Part shown: positions 1 to 14,513 of the stretch, one piece after another
How the letters are laid out: each line of letters opens with the position of its first letter
Position numbering within the stretch: position 1 is the first letter of the stretch
DNA from: Proteromonas lacertae
Taxonomy: Eukaryota
Length of the DNA: 64,000 nucleotides
Assembly (NCBI GenBank): GCA_002245135.1
Contig: NGBS01001162.1
Coordinates: 62,001-126,000 of the forward strand
Direction: 5' to 3'
Made by a program: the position numbers and the translations under genes
Notes under the pieces: generated by a model
Seen by the model: only the letters and a program-made list of their open reading frames with translations
The model's database searches: none
Told to the model about the DNA's origin: nothing

Positions 1-2217
1 ACTTCTTCACTTATTCCTGTATATTCTGGCTTAACACATACTAACGCAACACAATAACTGGATGATAAAGAACCATGAATACATATATTCTCAAGATATT
101 TACATGTTACTAAAGTAGCTTCAATCTTAGATAATGATAAATATTCACCTTGTTGTAGTTTAACTAAATCTTTCTTTCTATCAATAATCTCCAAGTTACC
201 TTTATCATTCCATTGTGCTATATCACCTGAATGGAACCATCTATCACCATTGTTATCAACTATTAATGCAGTTTCTGTTTCTTCTGGTCGATTATAATAA
301 CCCATTGCTATACAATCGCCTCTTACTAATATTTCACCTCTTGGATAAGGTTTATCAGTTGAGAAATAATTACCTTCAGGCCAATCTTTTAATCTTATTT
401 CAACAGAAGGAGTTGGTAATCCAACATTACCTACTTCTCTCAATAAAGGAATCTGTAAACAACCTCCACATACTGTCTCAGTCAAACCATATGCTTGATA
501 AACTACAGCTCTAAAGACAACTCTACAAAATGTTTGTGTTTCAGGTAATAAGTGAGAACCTGCGCAAATAAACATTCTTAATCTTCCACCAAATACCATA
601 GTACGAATTTTATCAAATAATAAGAAATCCCAAAATGGAGTATCTCTATAATCCTTTTGAGCTTGTACTTTCTGTTTAAATGCCATATCAAATAATACTT
701 TCTTAATTCCATGACTTACTTGTTTTTGTACTGTTGCTTTAATTCTTTCTAATAGTAATGGAACAACAGCCATCATAGTTGGTCTAGCTTTTTGAAAATC
801 ACCTTCACATCCAGGTGTTAATCCAGGAAATCCTTTAACTAATGTTAATGGACTAGCATAAGCAACACAACCACCTTTATATAATATACACAATTCACAT
901 TGGAATGCGAAGATATGAGCTAAAGGTAAAAACGATAAGAACGTATCATCAGGAGCTTCATCAAGTGTTATTATTCCTACAAACATTCCTCCCATTGATG
1001 ATAATATATTCTTATGAGATAATTGAACAGCTTTTGGAACACCACTACTACCACTAGTATACATAAATAAACAGATATCTTCTAACTCAGCTTTACAGTC
1101 ATCAGGATTTGGTTCACATTTTTTACCTAATTCTATTAATTCTTCAAAGGATGTTAGTTTAATATGATCAATTGTCCATGAGTTTCTAACATTGTCAATA
1201 TCACCACATGGATGCTTACCTCCATATCGATCTAATACTATCAAATGCTTTAACTCAGGCAATTCTAAGGCCAATTTCTTCATTTTCTCAACTATGTCAA
1301 TATCTACAGCTAATACACTAACATTTGATTCTTTCATTGCAAATATTAATGATTCATCTCCTAAGTTTGAGTAATAAGTTGTTAATGTGATTTTACCTCT
1401 CATACAAGCTTCAATCATGAAATGATATCTTACTTGACTTTGAGCTAAGATTCCTGCTCGTTTATCTTGTCCATGAAGTAAATTATTCAATCCAGCACTT
1501 ACTGCTTTGGTTATTTCGAAGGTATTATTAAAGGTATTGTATTTATAGTCACCAAATTCAATTTGTACTGGAATTTTACTACCTTCCGGATTTTTTACGA
1601 TTTTAATAATCTCTCTTTCAGCTACACATTTTCTATTTCCATATTTTTCAACTACTTTTTCAAATACTTGACCTACGTTTTTACATTCCGGGAATGGATT
1701 GTTGTATAATTCATCTGCTAATATTGATCTTCTTGGACGACCACCATCATTGTATACTCTTCCATCTTGAACTTCGTGTGAATGAACTATTTCTGAGTAA
1801 TGTTTTCGACGACGTACTTGTTTTGATACAAGAATATAGTGAATCATCATGTATATTGCTATTAATAACACGCATATAATAAATGCTATAAATCATTATT
1901 AAATAATTAGAAATATACGCCAATAAATATCCATTGTCAAAATGGTTGCAATAAAAACAACTATAGAGTATAAATCAATCATTTATACCTAAAATAACAA
2001 GAAATGCGAAACAATGACTACAAGCACTGCAGATATTTGCCTTATAATAACCCTACAAATACTAAATACACAAAAACCATACTTCCATACAATCTTCTCC
2101 AGCTAATTTTATATATCCTTCGGTATCAACTAGTCATGTTATTAAAACACAATGCATACTGATTTTTGATCCAGAGGATTTCAAAAGTGGGACTTTTAAT
2201 TCACGAGGAGTTGTCAT
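1..2217 (-). CDS. ACSL: Long-chain acyl-CoA synthetase (AMP-binding family), 3' end runs off the window
   Basis: Manual minus-strand translation: MTTPRELKVP start at 2217; introns 2130-2159, 2053-2082, 1961-1988, 1886-1918; N-terminal hydrophobic segments; motifs MYTSGSSGVPKAVQLSHKN, FLPLAHIF, QAYGLTET, GWFHSGDIA, IIDRKKDLVKLQQGEY. Absent from the ORF track because the stop lies outside the window. Confidence 0.95.
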
Positions 2218-2447
2218 TAAAAAAATTCAGTTAATACAGTATTTTTAAAATGATTTTTTTGACGTAGAATTTAAATTTGCCAGCGTGGATTTGAAAATGT
2301 TTCATTGTTCCCTTTTAAAAATAACTATACAATAAAAGTAACGAAATTAAAGTAAAGTGCATATTTGTAAATTTATTTTCGTGAAATATGATTGTTAATG
2401 ATTTCTATATTCCACACTATCCAAAGAAAAATATTAAAAAACAATAA

Positions 2448-4136
2448 TTAAGAAGATGGACTGCTTGTTAACTTAGTATATGATCCAAATCTAGACAATC
2501 TAATTTGACTTTTATTTGAAAAATTGCTCCAAGAAGACATATGGGGAATAGTTCTACTATTTGAATAAGTTCTATAAGGAGAATAATCTTCATGGTTTGT
2601 ATTTGGAGAAGTTAAGTCATCATTGTTACTATCAATCATATAGTCGTTATCATATATCAGACAAGGTGGTATATGCAAATCTCCACTGTCTGATGAAGGT
2701 TCTAACACTGGAAATTCTTGCATTATGGAAGGGATATGATTATTCTTTGTAGCAACAGGTGTAGTTTCACTATATAAATATCAATACAAATATAAATAAA
2801 ATACTTCGATCTCATATTACTTTGATTCTTCAACCAATTCAACGCCACTTCTACATTCGTAATTGTATAACCCATATTTGTAACAGATATATTTTCAAAA
2901 TGAAAATCATAAATATATATTAAATCAACATATAAATACTTAGTAGCAGGATAACTATCACATATTGTATATATTAATTGTGCTAATAGATCATCTGTTT
3001 CTAAATCATCTGTTTTGTTTGATTGATTATTATTATTATTATTTCTTTGTTTGATATTTTCTCTAACACAATCTAGAATTGTATCACATGTATTCTGAAG
3101 ACATTGAGCTTTTTCTAATGGCGTTTTATAACTAGAGATTTTAGATAACACTTTGGTAGCTAATGAAGTCTATTGAAATATAATATAATATAATATAATA
3201 TATACATCACAATTATATTTATCTTTAATATCAAAATCAGATTTCTTCTTCTTTCTCATATACATTATTCCTTTTTCCAACATATCTGTTTCATCTTCAT
3301 GTTCTATTAATATTGACTTATATATTTCATTATATAGATTAAACAATAGATAAGATTCTACACACTGCCTTAGTTGTTTATCATAAGCATGATATCTTTT
3401 ATTATCAACGATGTTGCTATCTATATTGTTACTATTGTATGCTTTATTACTTAACATTGCTTCTCTTAATGCACTTGTATTCCTTATATAAGATACGGTT
3501 TCATCACATCTTCGACATAATTGACCTGATAATGGAGTGATAAAAAAGTGATTTCCATTCTTTAGACTTTTCTTGACATTTCTTATAAATTTATCTAATG
3601 AGGCTAAAACTACTTCGTTTTCTGGATAAGAAAATATAAATGCTAAATATCTATTATGCATATAAATGAAATTATAGAGATACTCTGATAAATTAGAAAA
3701 TGTCATGTTATCTACACCAGAAGGAGCATCTATTCCACCAGTTAAAGGAGAATTGATATAAAAGATTAAACATATAGAAGTAGATGCACCATCAAATGCA
3801 GAAGGAACTATAACTTCTTGTGTTACTATAACTTTTACTATTCTACTTTCAGGAAAACCTTCACAGGTTGTGATTTCGTTATTACATAGTCGAATGGTCT
3901 TGCCTGATTTGGTTTTATATTTGCCTGTTTGATTAGTTGGAATTAAAACATGATCATCTATGAATGTATATTTTAATGGAAATACAAATATCTTCTTTTC
4001 TTAAATCCCTTCTTATAGAAAAGCTTTGAGGAAGACATACACGCCACTCTCTTTGAGCAGCTTCTTGCCAGATTGAGGGTTCTACTTCACTAATCAATCT
4101 GGCCAAGGTATTTGTAGTGATATCTTCACCTTCCAT
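2448..4136 (-). CDS. VPS9-domain Rab GEF with VARP/ANKRD27-like N-terminus, no ankyrin repeats
   Basis: Spliced ORFs 3954-4136, 3170-3706, 2723-3151, 2448-2723. VPS9 motifs KTPLEKAQCL, LETDDLL, MGYTITNVEVALNWL. The N-terminus (WRVCLPQ...HVLIP...YKTKSGKTIRL...ITTCEGF) resembles the VARP N-terminal region. Confidence 0.8.
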
Positions 4137-4521
4137 GTTATTTTAATTGCCTATTATTCCTTTTCTATATGGTTAAAAAACAATATTAAAAATAGGGTCG
4201 GTGTTCGGTAATCGGATCTATCTTCATCTTTTTTTTGAATTTGGTGAAGATGTAAATAGGATATACAACAAATAGAATGTTTTTATCAATATTTAGACGC
4301 ATAACATTTATATATTAAAGTTTTGAAGAATGATAAGTATGTTTTCTTTAGTTTGAGATTTTCTATCAGCGTTCTGAATTATTTTTTTCTATTTTGTGAA
4401 ACAATGAAACCTATTTATTTAATTTGACCATTTGGTTTTATCACTCTAACCTTCTAACCATAATAAAACTAAATACAAATAAGTGTATTAAGTGTTGTAG
4501 TATTATTGTGTATTTCATAAA

Positions 4522-4983
4522 ATGAAGGATATAATAGATAAGCATAACGATGAAAAGGATGTTTTGGGTATAGCTAGATTTGATGTATAAATTAGAAAGG
4601 TGTGAAAACGATTTGAAACAAAGTTTAAGTCAATTAGAAACATCTACAGTGAATTACATGTATATTGTTTTAAATGTAATAGAAATAGCAAACAAAGAAG
4701 TGATCAAACTCAATTCGTTCAAAAAGATATAGAGAAACATATTAATGACTATTCTGCTTCTTTAAACACAATAAATGCACAGCTAGCAAAGTATACAAAA
4801 GATATGCATACTTTCAGTTTGCAATTGGAAGTATATCAAAATATGTGAATTTTTATTCTCTAGACAATACCGGATATAGAAGCATGGAGCAAACATTTAG
4901 TGGGTGATTTATATGAAATATCACATGTTTTAGAGTATATTTGTGAAAAAGAATCAGATGAAATGAGGAATGTGAAATTATAG
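4522..4983 (+). CDS. BLOC1S1: BLOC-1/BORC subunit 1 (BLOS1/GCN5L1)
   Basis: Not in the ORF track. Removing introns 4568-4595, 4660-4682 and 4831-4863 gives MKDIIDKHNDEK...QKDIEKHI...FSLQLETIPDIEAWSKHLVGDLYEISHVLEYICE, matching the BLOS1 pattern FNQALKEIGDVENWARSIELDMRTIATALEY. Confidence 0.8.
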
Positions 4984-5064
4984 ACTAATATTTTTATTTA
5001 TTTTACTAACATTTCTTGTGAATTTTCATTATAGCAATAAAAATACTACATAATAGAAATTAAA

Positions 5065-6051
5065 TTACTTTTGATTAAAATACTTCAAAGCTTCAAGGTT
5101 CATTGTTGATACTCCTTTCAAAAATACTCTTTTCATATCTTCCAACATCAATACTCTTTCATTTTCATTCTCTTTTATTTGATTATTCAATTTATCAATT
5201 TCAATTTGATACAAATGCATTTTTGTTTCATATCTTCTAATTATTTCAGTTGCACTTTCTTCAACTTTACTTCTCCAGAATTCATTGATTTCATTATCAT
5301 GTTCACGTCTATATACATGTAACCATTCACTCATTATCTTTCTTAATATCTTTTTATTATGATATTTTTCTGCTTTTTTCATTTCATAATTAATTCTCTT
5401 TTTATTCTTTACTATTTGATTCCATTCTTTAAATATTGATTTTAAAGATGTGGAATTGATGAATAACAATCTCTATAGATATAAATAGAATAGAAATAAT
5501 GTATATTTATTATTATACATGTCTGATTTGCCTTGTTTTAACAAATTTGGTTAAGTTAGTTATAACAAAATTATTATAATTATCTTTATTCTTTAATTGG
5601 TATATTAATTCTTTTTTTTTTTCTGCTTCTTGTTGTAATTTTGTTGTTTCTGTTTGAAATTTCTTTTCCTGCTTAGATAAATCAGAGAAATATTTTGTTT
5701 GTATATTTGTTTTTGTTGTTTTCATATTTTCAATTACTGTTTCACGGAAATCCTTGAATAATGAGTTGAATGTTGCGTTCAATCTATCGATATCATCCAC
5801 TTCAGTTTCTACTTTGATAGTATTTTCTTTAGGTTTTATATCTTCTGTTTGTGATTGATTTTCTATATCACTTTCATTCTCTTCTTCATATGACACACTT
5901 TCTTCACAATTAGATGCAGAATATTCATATGAATATTCATTTGATTTCTCTGCCTTATAAGAACTATTAGAATAGTTTTGCATCTTCTTCATCAAGTCAT
6001 CATAATCTAGGAAATCGTATTAAAGTTGCTAATACCTGGTGTTTGGCTCAT
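5065..6051 (-). CDS. POC5: POC5-like centrin-binding centriolar protein
   Basis: ATG at 6051, introns 6007-6035 and about 5474-5518. Trp-containing Sfi1-like repeats (KSIFKEWNQ, RKIMSEWLH) and a C-terminal box EDMKRVFLKGVSTMNLEAL resembling POC5 DSMKKAFMRGVCALNLEAM. Confidence 0.8.
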
Positions 6052-6134
6052 CTTAATTTAAATTCAAAAATTACGAAAAATACACTAATACAGATAGATA
6101 CAAATTCGCTTGTATTTTATTTTCATTTGTTAAT

Positions 6135-7674
<1,540 letters not shown>

Positions 7675-7891
7675 GAATGATAAATATATTAAAACACATA
7701 TATATTTATTTGTAATAATGTACACCCAATAAATAGTATTGGTTGATTCTATCAGTTTATTTTAATAATTTTTATTGTTTTTGTATTGATTTCTTATAAC
7801 ATAAGCGTTATTTTCGATATTAAAATTCAAATTTGAGTTTGGCGGGATAATATCACTTCTTCTATTACTGCTGATTTAGAGTGAAATAAAC

Positions 7892-9888
7892 ATGGAAAAT
7901 GAAACAGTAGAATTATATAATCAGATAAAATCCAAGACAAGTATAGTTTTAAACGAAATCTTATTATTAGTGGAAGCATTGAAAGTAGAGATGGAGCAGA
8001 ACTTTCAAGTCAAGAGAAATCAAGAACTGCTCGAAGAATATGAAAACAAAATCAAGAAATATGAGGTAGATCATTAATTTCACATTCATTTACAGACTAC
8101 TATCGCTGAATCTCAGAAAGAGAAATGCACTTTAAAGGAGAAAATTCTACAAACAGAGAATAAGTTTGCGAAGATTAATAATCACAAATCAATATTTGAG
8201 AATAATTGTGAGACAGTGCAAGGTATTAACACTTTTTTTTAGAATATTAATAGAGTCATACAAGCTATTAAACACTCAAGTCAACCAATGTAAATATATT
8301 TTGTACATTTAATAGTGGAATCTTCAATACATCAGATATCAGCACAGAATTTACAGTCAAAGCAAAAGTCTGAAGTATTATCTCAGCTTATACTGAACCT
8401 ATTAAACCAATCTGTAGAATATAATCAACAAGGGAATGAATGTATATGTTTTAATTTTGTTATATGTTTTTTTTTTCTATAGATACAAAATGTGTCAATC
8501 AAAATCAGAATGATATTGATAGTTTATTATCAAAGAGAGATAATCTGTTAGAAGATATAAAGGCAAAAAGGGAATATAATGGTATATATACCTAATCTAT
8601 ATAAATATAAATGAATATAGATAAGTTATTACACCAAATATCATCAGCTAATGAGATAATCAACAATAATACTATTAAGGTAAAAGAGTATAAGAATCAG
8701 ATCAAAGATATAATCAATGAAAATGAAAAATATCAACAGAATATCATCTCATTAAAAGATAGTTTAAACGACTTAAAAAACACTGAGACATGCAGTATAA
8801 ATAAATACAATGAAGGAATGAATAATATCAATTCCAAACGAATGGAGATAGAAGAGAATATAAAGAATGAAGAGATGAGAATTGATGAATATACCAATCA
8901 ATTAAAGCAGTTAGAGGAGAGAATCAAACTGACAAATGAAGTGAAACAATCAAACACTATGATTATCAATGAATTAGATTTAGAAAATAATAAAATTAAT
9001 GAACAAATGTCTATTATCATAAACACTAACCATCAATTGCAACAAGATAATAGTAATATTGAGTCAAATATCCTGAATCAACAGAATATCAATGATAATA
9101 TAAAGAATGTATTAAACCAAAAGAAGGATCAGATCAAAGAGAAAGAAGAGTATTTATTTAAACTGAATGAAACATTATCTCATAATAATACAATCCATGA
9201 TGGATTATCTTTAAAATATCATGATAATATGAACAAATACAATGAGTTAAATAAACGATATGAAGATATATCAAAGTATCCAGATATTAATATTATTGTT
9301 GGTCAATTATCAACATTAAATCAGCAGAAAAACAGTATAAAAAGTGAGATAGAGGAGTTTGAGAAAGAAAAAACAGTATTAAGTGATGAAATTAAGATAA
9401 TATCAGAAAAGAATGATAAAATGAGTAGTAGTAAATCTAATGATAAAGACATAAAGAGTATAAAGAATAGAATAAAAGAGTTAAAACAGAAGAAGAAGAG
9501 TTTAGTTGGTGATGTTAGAGATATGGATAAGAATATAGAAAATGAAAAGTTATTAATAGAAGATTATAAGGATAAATATTCGATACTAAAAGAGGATTAT
9601 GAAAAGAAGAAGAAACAGAGTTATGAGAAAAGATTAGAAAAATTGAAAAGAAAGTATGAGGATGAGATTAAAAGTGAAAAATGTAAAGTGTTTGAGAAGG
9701 AAGAAAAAGAGTTGTATATATATATATATATATTCATTATGTTATCAATATAGAGAGAGTAAGCAAAAAGAACAGTTGAACATACTTGATAAAGAATTAT
9801 TAGAAGTATGCTATATATAGTTAGTTTTTATTATTAATAGGAAACGACAGAAAAGATCAGAAAAGCAGAAGAATCTCTTAGAATATAA
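7892..9888 (+). CDS. Multi-exon long coiled-coil protein of unknown function
   Basis: ORFs 7892-8077 and 8611-9753 are linked by short GT-AG introns. Heptad-rich N/K/E/I composition; the last exon ETTEKIRKAEESLRI* ends at 9888. Confidence 0.75.
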
Positions 9889-10135
9889 AGATTTCATTAA
9901 TATTGATTAATGCCATTATTTTTATACAATATTTTTTAATGAAATTGTGTATGTATAGTGATACTAATGACATTCTATATGTCTACTGTAAAAATGAAAA
10001 GTATTTCTGCAATTATATAATGTTTGTGTTCGAGCCTAAAGGTTTGATACATTATTGTTTCTTTGATTGAAAAGAGTATTTACGTTATCAAAAACTTCAA
10101 TTTTATACGATAATTATTTTTATCAACATATTATA

Positions 10136-12310
10136 ATGCAATTCACAGGTTATCAGCCTTTAGAACAATTTATGCTGAATATGGCTTCAAACGATAATAA
10201 TATCATCAGAGAAGCTAATGATAATATTAGCAAGTTTCTGTTAAATCCAAAAATGTTGGAAGTTGTAAGTACATTACTATTCTTCATCAAAAACAGTAAC
10301 CATATAGTAGTATATCTATTGAATTATGACACTAGGTTCGTCAATTATCAGCAATATTACTAAGAAGACAGCTTGAGACAACTCAGTCATGGCAAGCTAT
10401 TCCTGATGATATAACTGTACAAGCAAATAAAACAAGTGGTATGATATATAAATAACTATATTTATCTAGTAAAGAAGTTGATTCTCGAGTTAATAAGAAC
10501 AGAGCCAGAAATTGTTGTGAGAAGATCAATAGCAGGAGTTATATCTTCAGTAGCAAAACTTGAATTGTCATCAATCACTGATAAATCTCAATTAGAAGTT
10601 CATTCAAGTAAATGGGTTGAATTATTCTCATTTCTAGAAGAAGTATAATTTATTATATTTATTATTATTATTATTATATTAGTATTGTTCCAACAGTGAT
10701 GCTAAGAATAAAGAAATAGGATTTTTATTATTGTCATCACTTTGTGATTTTGTTCCTTATTCAGTTATTAATTATGCTCAAAACATAATTAATTTCTTTA
10801 TATCTGAAATACAAAACCATACAAATGATAGAGTATATTACAATAATAGTAATTATTAATATGAATAGATTGTTAATTACTCAATAAAAGGACTTTTCTG
10901 TTTATTACATTCACTTAATTTAGACGATCCATCTCATGTTTCTTTATTATCATTTTCCTTACCTGTTTTATTACAAGAAGTTAATAGAAGTTTAATGGCA
11001 AAAGATGGTTTATTAGTTGATTTTATATTCGAATGTTTTACTGAATTTTTTGATGAAAGAGTGGAAGTAATGGATATGTATGTTAAAGACTGTGTTGAAA
11101 AAGGAAGTGCCATTTTACAAAATCAAATAGACCATTTAGACAACTGTGAAATGAATGATTTGAAATGTGCAATATTAACATTATATGGTTCAATAGCAAT
11201 CAATTCACCAAAGGTTTTAGTTAGTAGTGATGTATATATATATATATTATAACTATTATTATCATTTATTTAATAGGATTTATTTCAAAAAGTGATTTTA
11301 GATCCTGTTGAAGTATTACTTGATCCTAGAAATAGAGAAGATGGTTTAATATCAAATTCATTAGGAAAAGAAGCAACAAGCACATTAGATAAGTGTGTAT
11401 TACATTTACCAGCAAAGTATTTGTTGTTATTTATTATTATAATTTATATAGACAATCATTTTCACTTATTTACAATAGAATTAATGGTTATTTACTCCAA
11501 ACAGAAGATTTATTTTTGAAAGGAATGTCTTTGTATATAATAGGAATTATTTCAGAAGTATTTCTATTATATATATATATATATATATAATATTTAACAA
11601 TAATAGGGATGTGGTAGTGCAATGAATGATTATTTAATAGAAATATTAAAGACAGTAAACAGTGTTATTGATTCTAAAGATGATTTCTTGATAGAAAAAG
11701 CTGGTTTGTGTTTAGGACAATTATGTGAATATTTGCAAGATAAAATATTTCAATATTATAATAATCTAGTTGTTATTATTAATAAAGTATATATTTATAT
11801 ATTTTTATCTTTCAATTATTAATTAGTTACTAATGAAAGATACAGATTCTGCCAAATTATCAGGTATTTATATATTACAGTGTTTATGTGAAGGTATTCC
11901 TAAAGAACAATTCAAGCCAAATTTAACCAGTTTTCTAGTATATTAATATATTATTCTATAATATGTAGATTGCATTATTCAATATATTAAAAACCAATTA
12001 CACTAAATTATGTAACAATGAACATATAAACTTAAAGTTATTAAGTACAATCCTATCAGCCTTCACATCCTTAGCAGCAAATATGCAAAGTGATTTACAA
12101 GCCAATATGTTTTCACCTAATGATCCAGATTTTTCACTTATAAAATTAGTATCAATATGTAAAGAATTAATGAGTATTAAGTCAGAAGAATATTACTCAA
12201 TCAGAGCTCATGCTACTGAATGTTTATGTACTATTTATGTGGATGTAGTAAGAGATGAACAACAGTTAATTAATAGTGGAGAATATGATTCATTTTTGAA
12301 ATTATGTTTA

Positions 12311-12347
<37 letters not shown>

Positions 12348-12501
12348 ATTATTATGATTTAGAATTTAAAAGTTGAAGATGATGAGTTAGCTGAATATAG
12401 TTTAATTTCATTAGGAAATTTAGTTGAAATTCATACACCATCTAATGAAGTAGTGGATGAAGTAATTAGTTTTATATTTAAAGTATTAGAATCATCACAA
12501 A

Positions 12502-12536
<35 letters not shown>

Positions 12537-14189
12537 TTTATTTAATAATCTTGACAATAGAATCATGTCAAATCACTACATTGTCTGCTAGTGAAGAGTT
12601 TGGAAAATTTGGAGATCCAGCTATATCTAATGATTCTTCAAATTTGAACAAATTTACATTCAAAGTTTCCTCCTTAGATTTAACTGCTGCTGCTGTTGAA
12701 ACACTTGGAATATATGCATCTGTATATATGTTTATAATAATAATAATAATTATTATTATTAGTGTATTCAAAGTCAATTTGCTCCATATATCAATAAGAG
12801 TTTAGAAATACTCATCAAACTATCAGATTATTTCTATCCAGAGATTAAGAGAAAATCTGTATGTTAAAATATTTATATTTATATACATATAGCTTTCATC
12901 ATTGAAAGAAGTTGTATTAAATGCATATCATGCTGCAACGGTATAATGATATTATTAACTTCTATATTAATATATGAATGTATAGGATGATGAAATAATC
13001 ATGAAATTAGTATCTACTGTAGTTACAATATATATTGAAATAATAAGACTATCCACTGATAAAGACTGCGTGATGTATTCAATGGAAGGAATTGGAGAAT
13101 TTATAAGTGAGTTTGGTTTGTCAGTGTTTGACTTAAATACGTTTAAAATATTGATAACATCACTATTAAGTTTATTATATGAAACTGTATTATAGATATA
13201 TATGATTATATTTACATTCTAATAGTCACCTTGTCAGAAACTAGAATTTGAAAATCGTGAATATGATGGAATATTATTTGATCCATTAGCTGGTCTTATA
13301 GCCACTTTAGCCAATGCAAGAAGTGATACTAATCCTTCAGAGTATAGTGATGTAGAAAAGGCATTACCTGAAGCAATTGATACTTTATTACCAGGAATTG
13401 ATAATCACTTACAATCCAATGATGAAACAACAGTTGCATGGGTAATGGGATGTTATTGTCAATTAGCACAGTATAATCAACCTTTTACTACTAAATATTC
13501 TGATAAATTATTAAATACTGTATATATTACCCATAAAAATATTCATTTAATAGTATTGTCAAGGTTTTTTATCAACCACCTCTGATTCTATAAGAAGAAA
13601 TGCAGTTTATGGTATTGGCTTATTGTATGATGCAGGAATAAAAGTATATATTGAATACTTATATATATATATATATATATATATATTGATTAGATTGATA
13701 ATAGTAAGACTAAACAAATCATTGACACATCTTATCAAGTATTAGGATCTTCACCAGAGAGAAATGCTTTTACTGATAATATAATTGCAGCATTTGGTAG
13801 AATGTTGAGATCTGATTATGTTGATAACAAAACAAAGGAAGATGTATATATAAGTACTTAACTTTTATCATATGAAATAGTTATTGAATAGAATATTGGA
13901 GAATATACCACTGTTATATGATATGACAGAAAATGAAGATGTTTATAATGAGATATGTATGATTTGCAGTAATATATCAAGTTCAAACAATGTAAGTCTT
14001 ACAGGGATATATCCGCATTTAATTAGAGAAATTGCTATTGGAATGAATGTTACAACACTCTCTGAAAACACAAGAGAGTTGATGGAAGTTGAATTGAGTA
14101 CTTTTAAAACAAAATATCCACAACAGTATTCAGAATTAGTTAATGTTGCAAATTTACAGATGAATAACTCTTCATTTGCAAGTAATTGA
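10136..14189 (+). CDS. IPO4: Importin-beta family HEAT-repeat karyopherin, importin-4/Kap123-like
   Basis: About 18 short introns. N-terminal IBN_N-like segment (DNNIIREAN...VRQLSAILLRRQL...W), VVRRSIAGVISSVAKLEL...W, AGLCLGQLCEYLQ, IRAHATECL, IRRNAVYGIG, DNIIAAFGRM. Confidence 0.8.
12314..12342 (+). repeat. (TA)n microsatellite starting at an intron 5' splice site
   Basis: GTATATATA... donor extended into a TA array; similar arrays at about 9713, 11232, 12502, 31160 (minus) and 58770 (minus). Confidence 0.85.
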
Positions 14190-14513
14190 AATTTGATTTA
14201 ATTGTTTTATTTTTTTTGTAGTTACTGTTGTATGATTTATACAACTAATAGAATAAAAGTTATATTTGATTGCTTTAAGTCATATAATATTTGAGAATAG
14301 AAAAAATAGTATGATGCACATGGCAGTTATACACAATATATCAATAAATCTTCATCATGATGCTATAATTTCTTAAGATAATGATATTATATGTGTTGAT
14401 AAATATAAAAATTACTTGAAAGATAAGAAGAGAATCCTCCATAAGCACTAAAATCATTATAATGATTTAATTAAAAAATTCTTTAAAAAAACAATTTCAT
14501 TATTTAAATACAT

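Noticed and set aside
215..1879. Short plus-strand ORFs 215-514, 1192-1374, 1694-1879
   Set aside because: Antisense shadows of the acyl-CoA synthetase gene, with L/H/Y-rich composition and no motifs.
1961..1988. Apparent ACSL start MIDLYSIV at 1982
   Set aside because: It lies inside a 28-nt GT-AG intron; upstream exons splice in frame to an ATG at 2217.
7892..9888. Assignment of the coiled-coil protein as SMC, SYCP1 or myosin
   Set aside because: No Walker motifs, hinge or motor domain; composition alone is not diagnostic.
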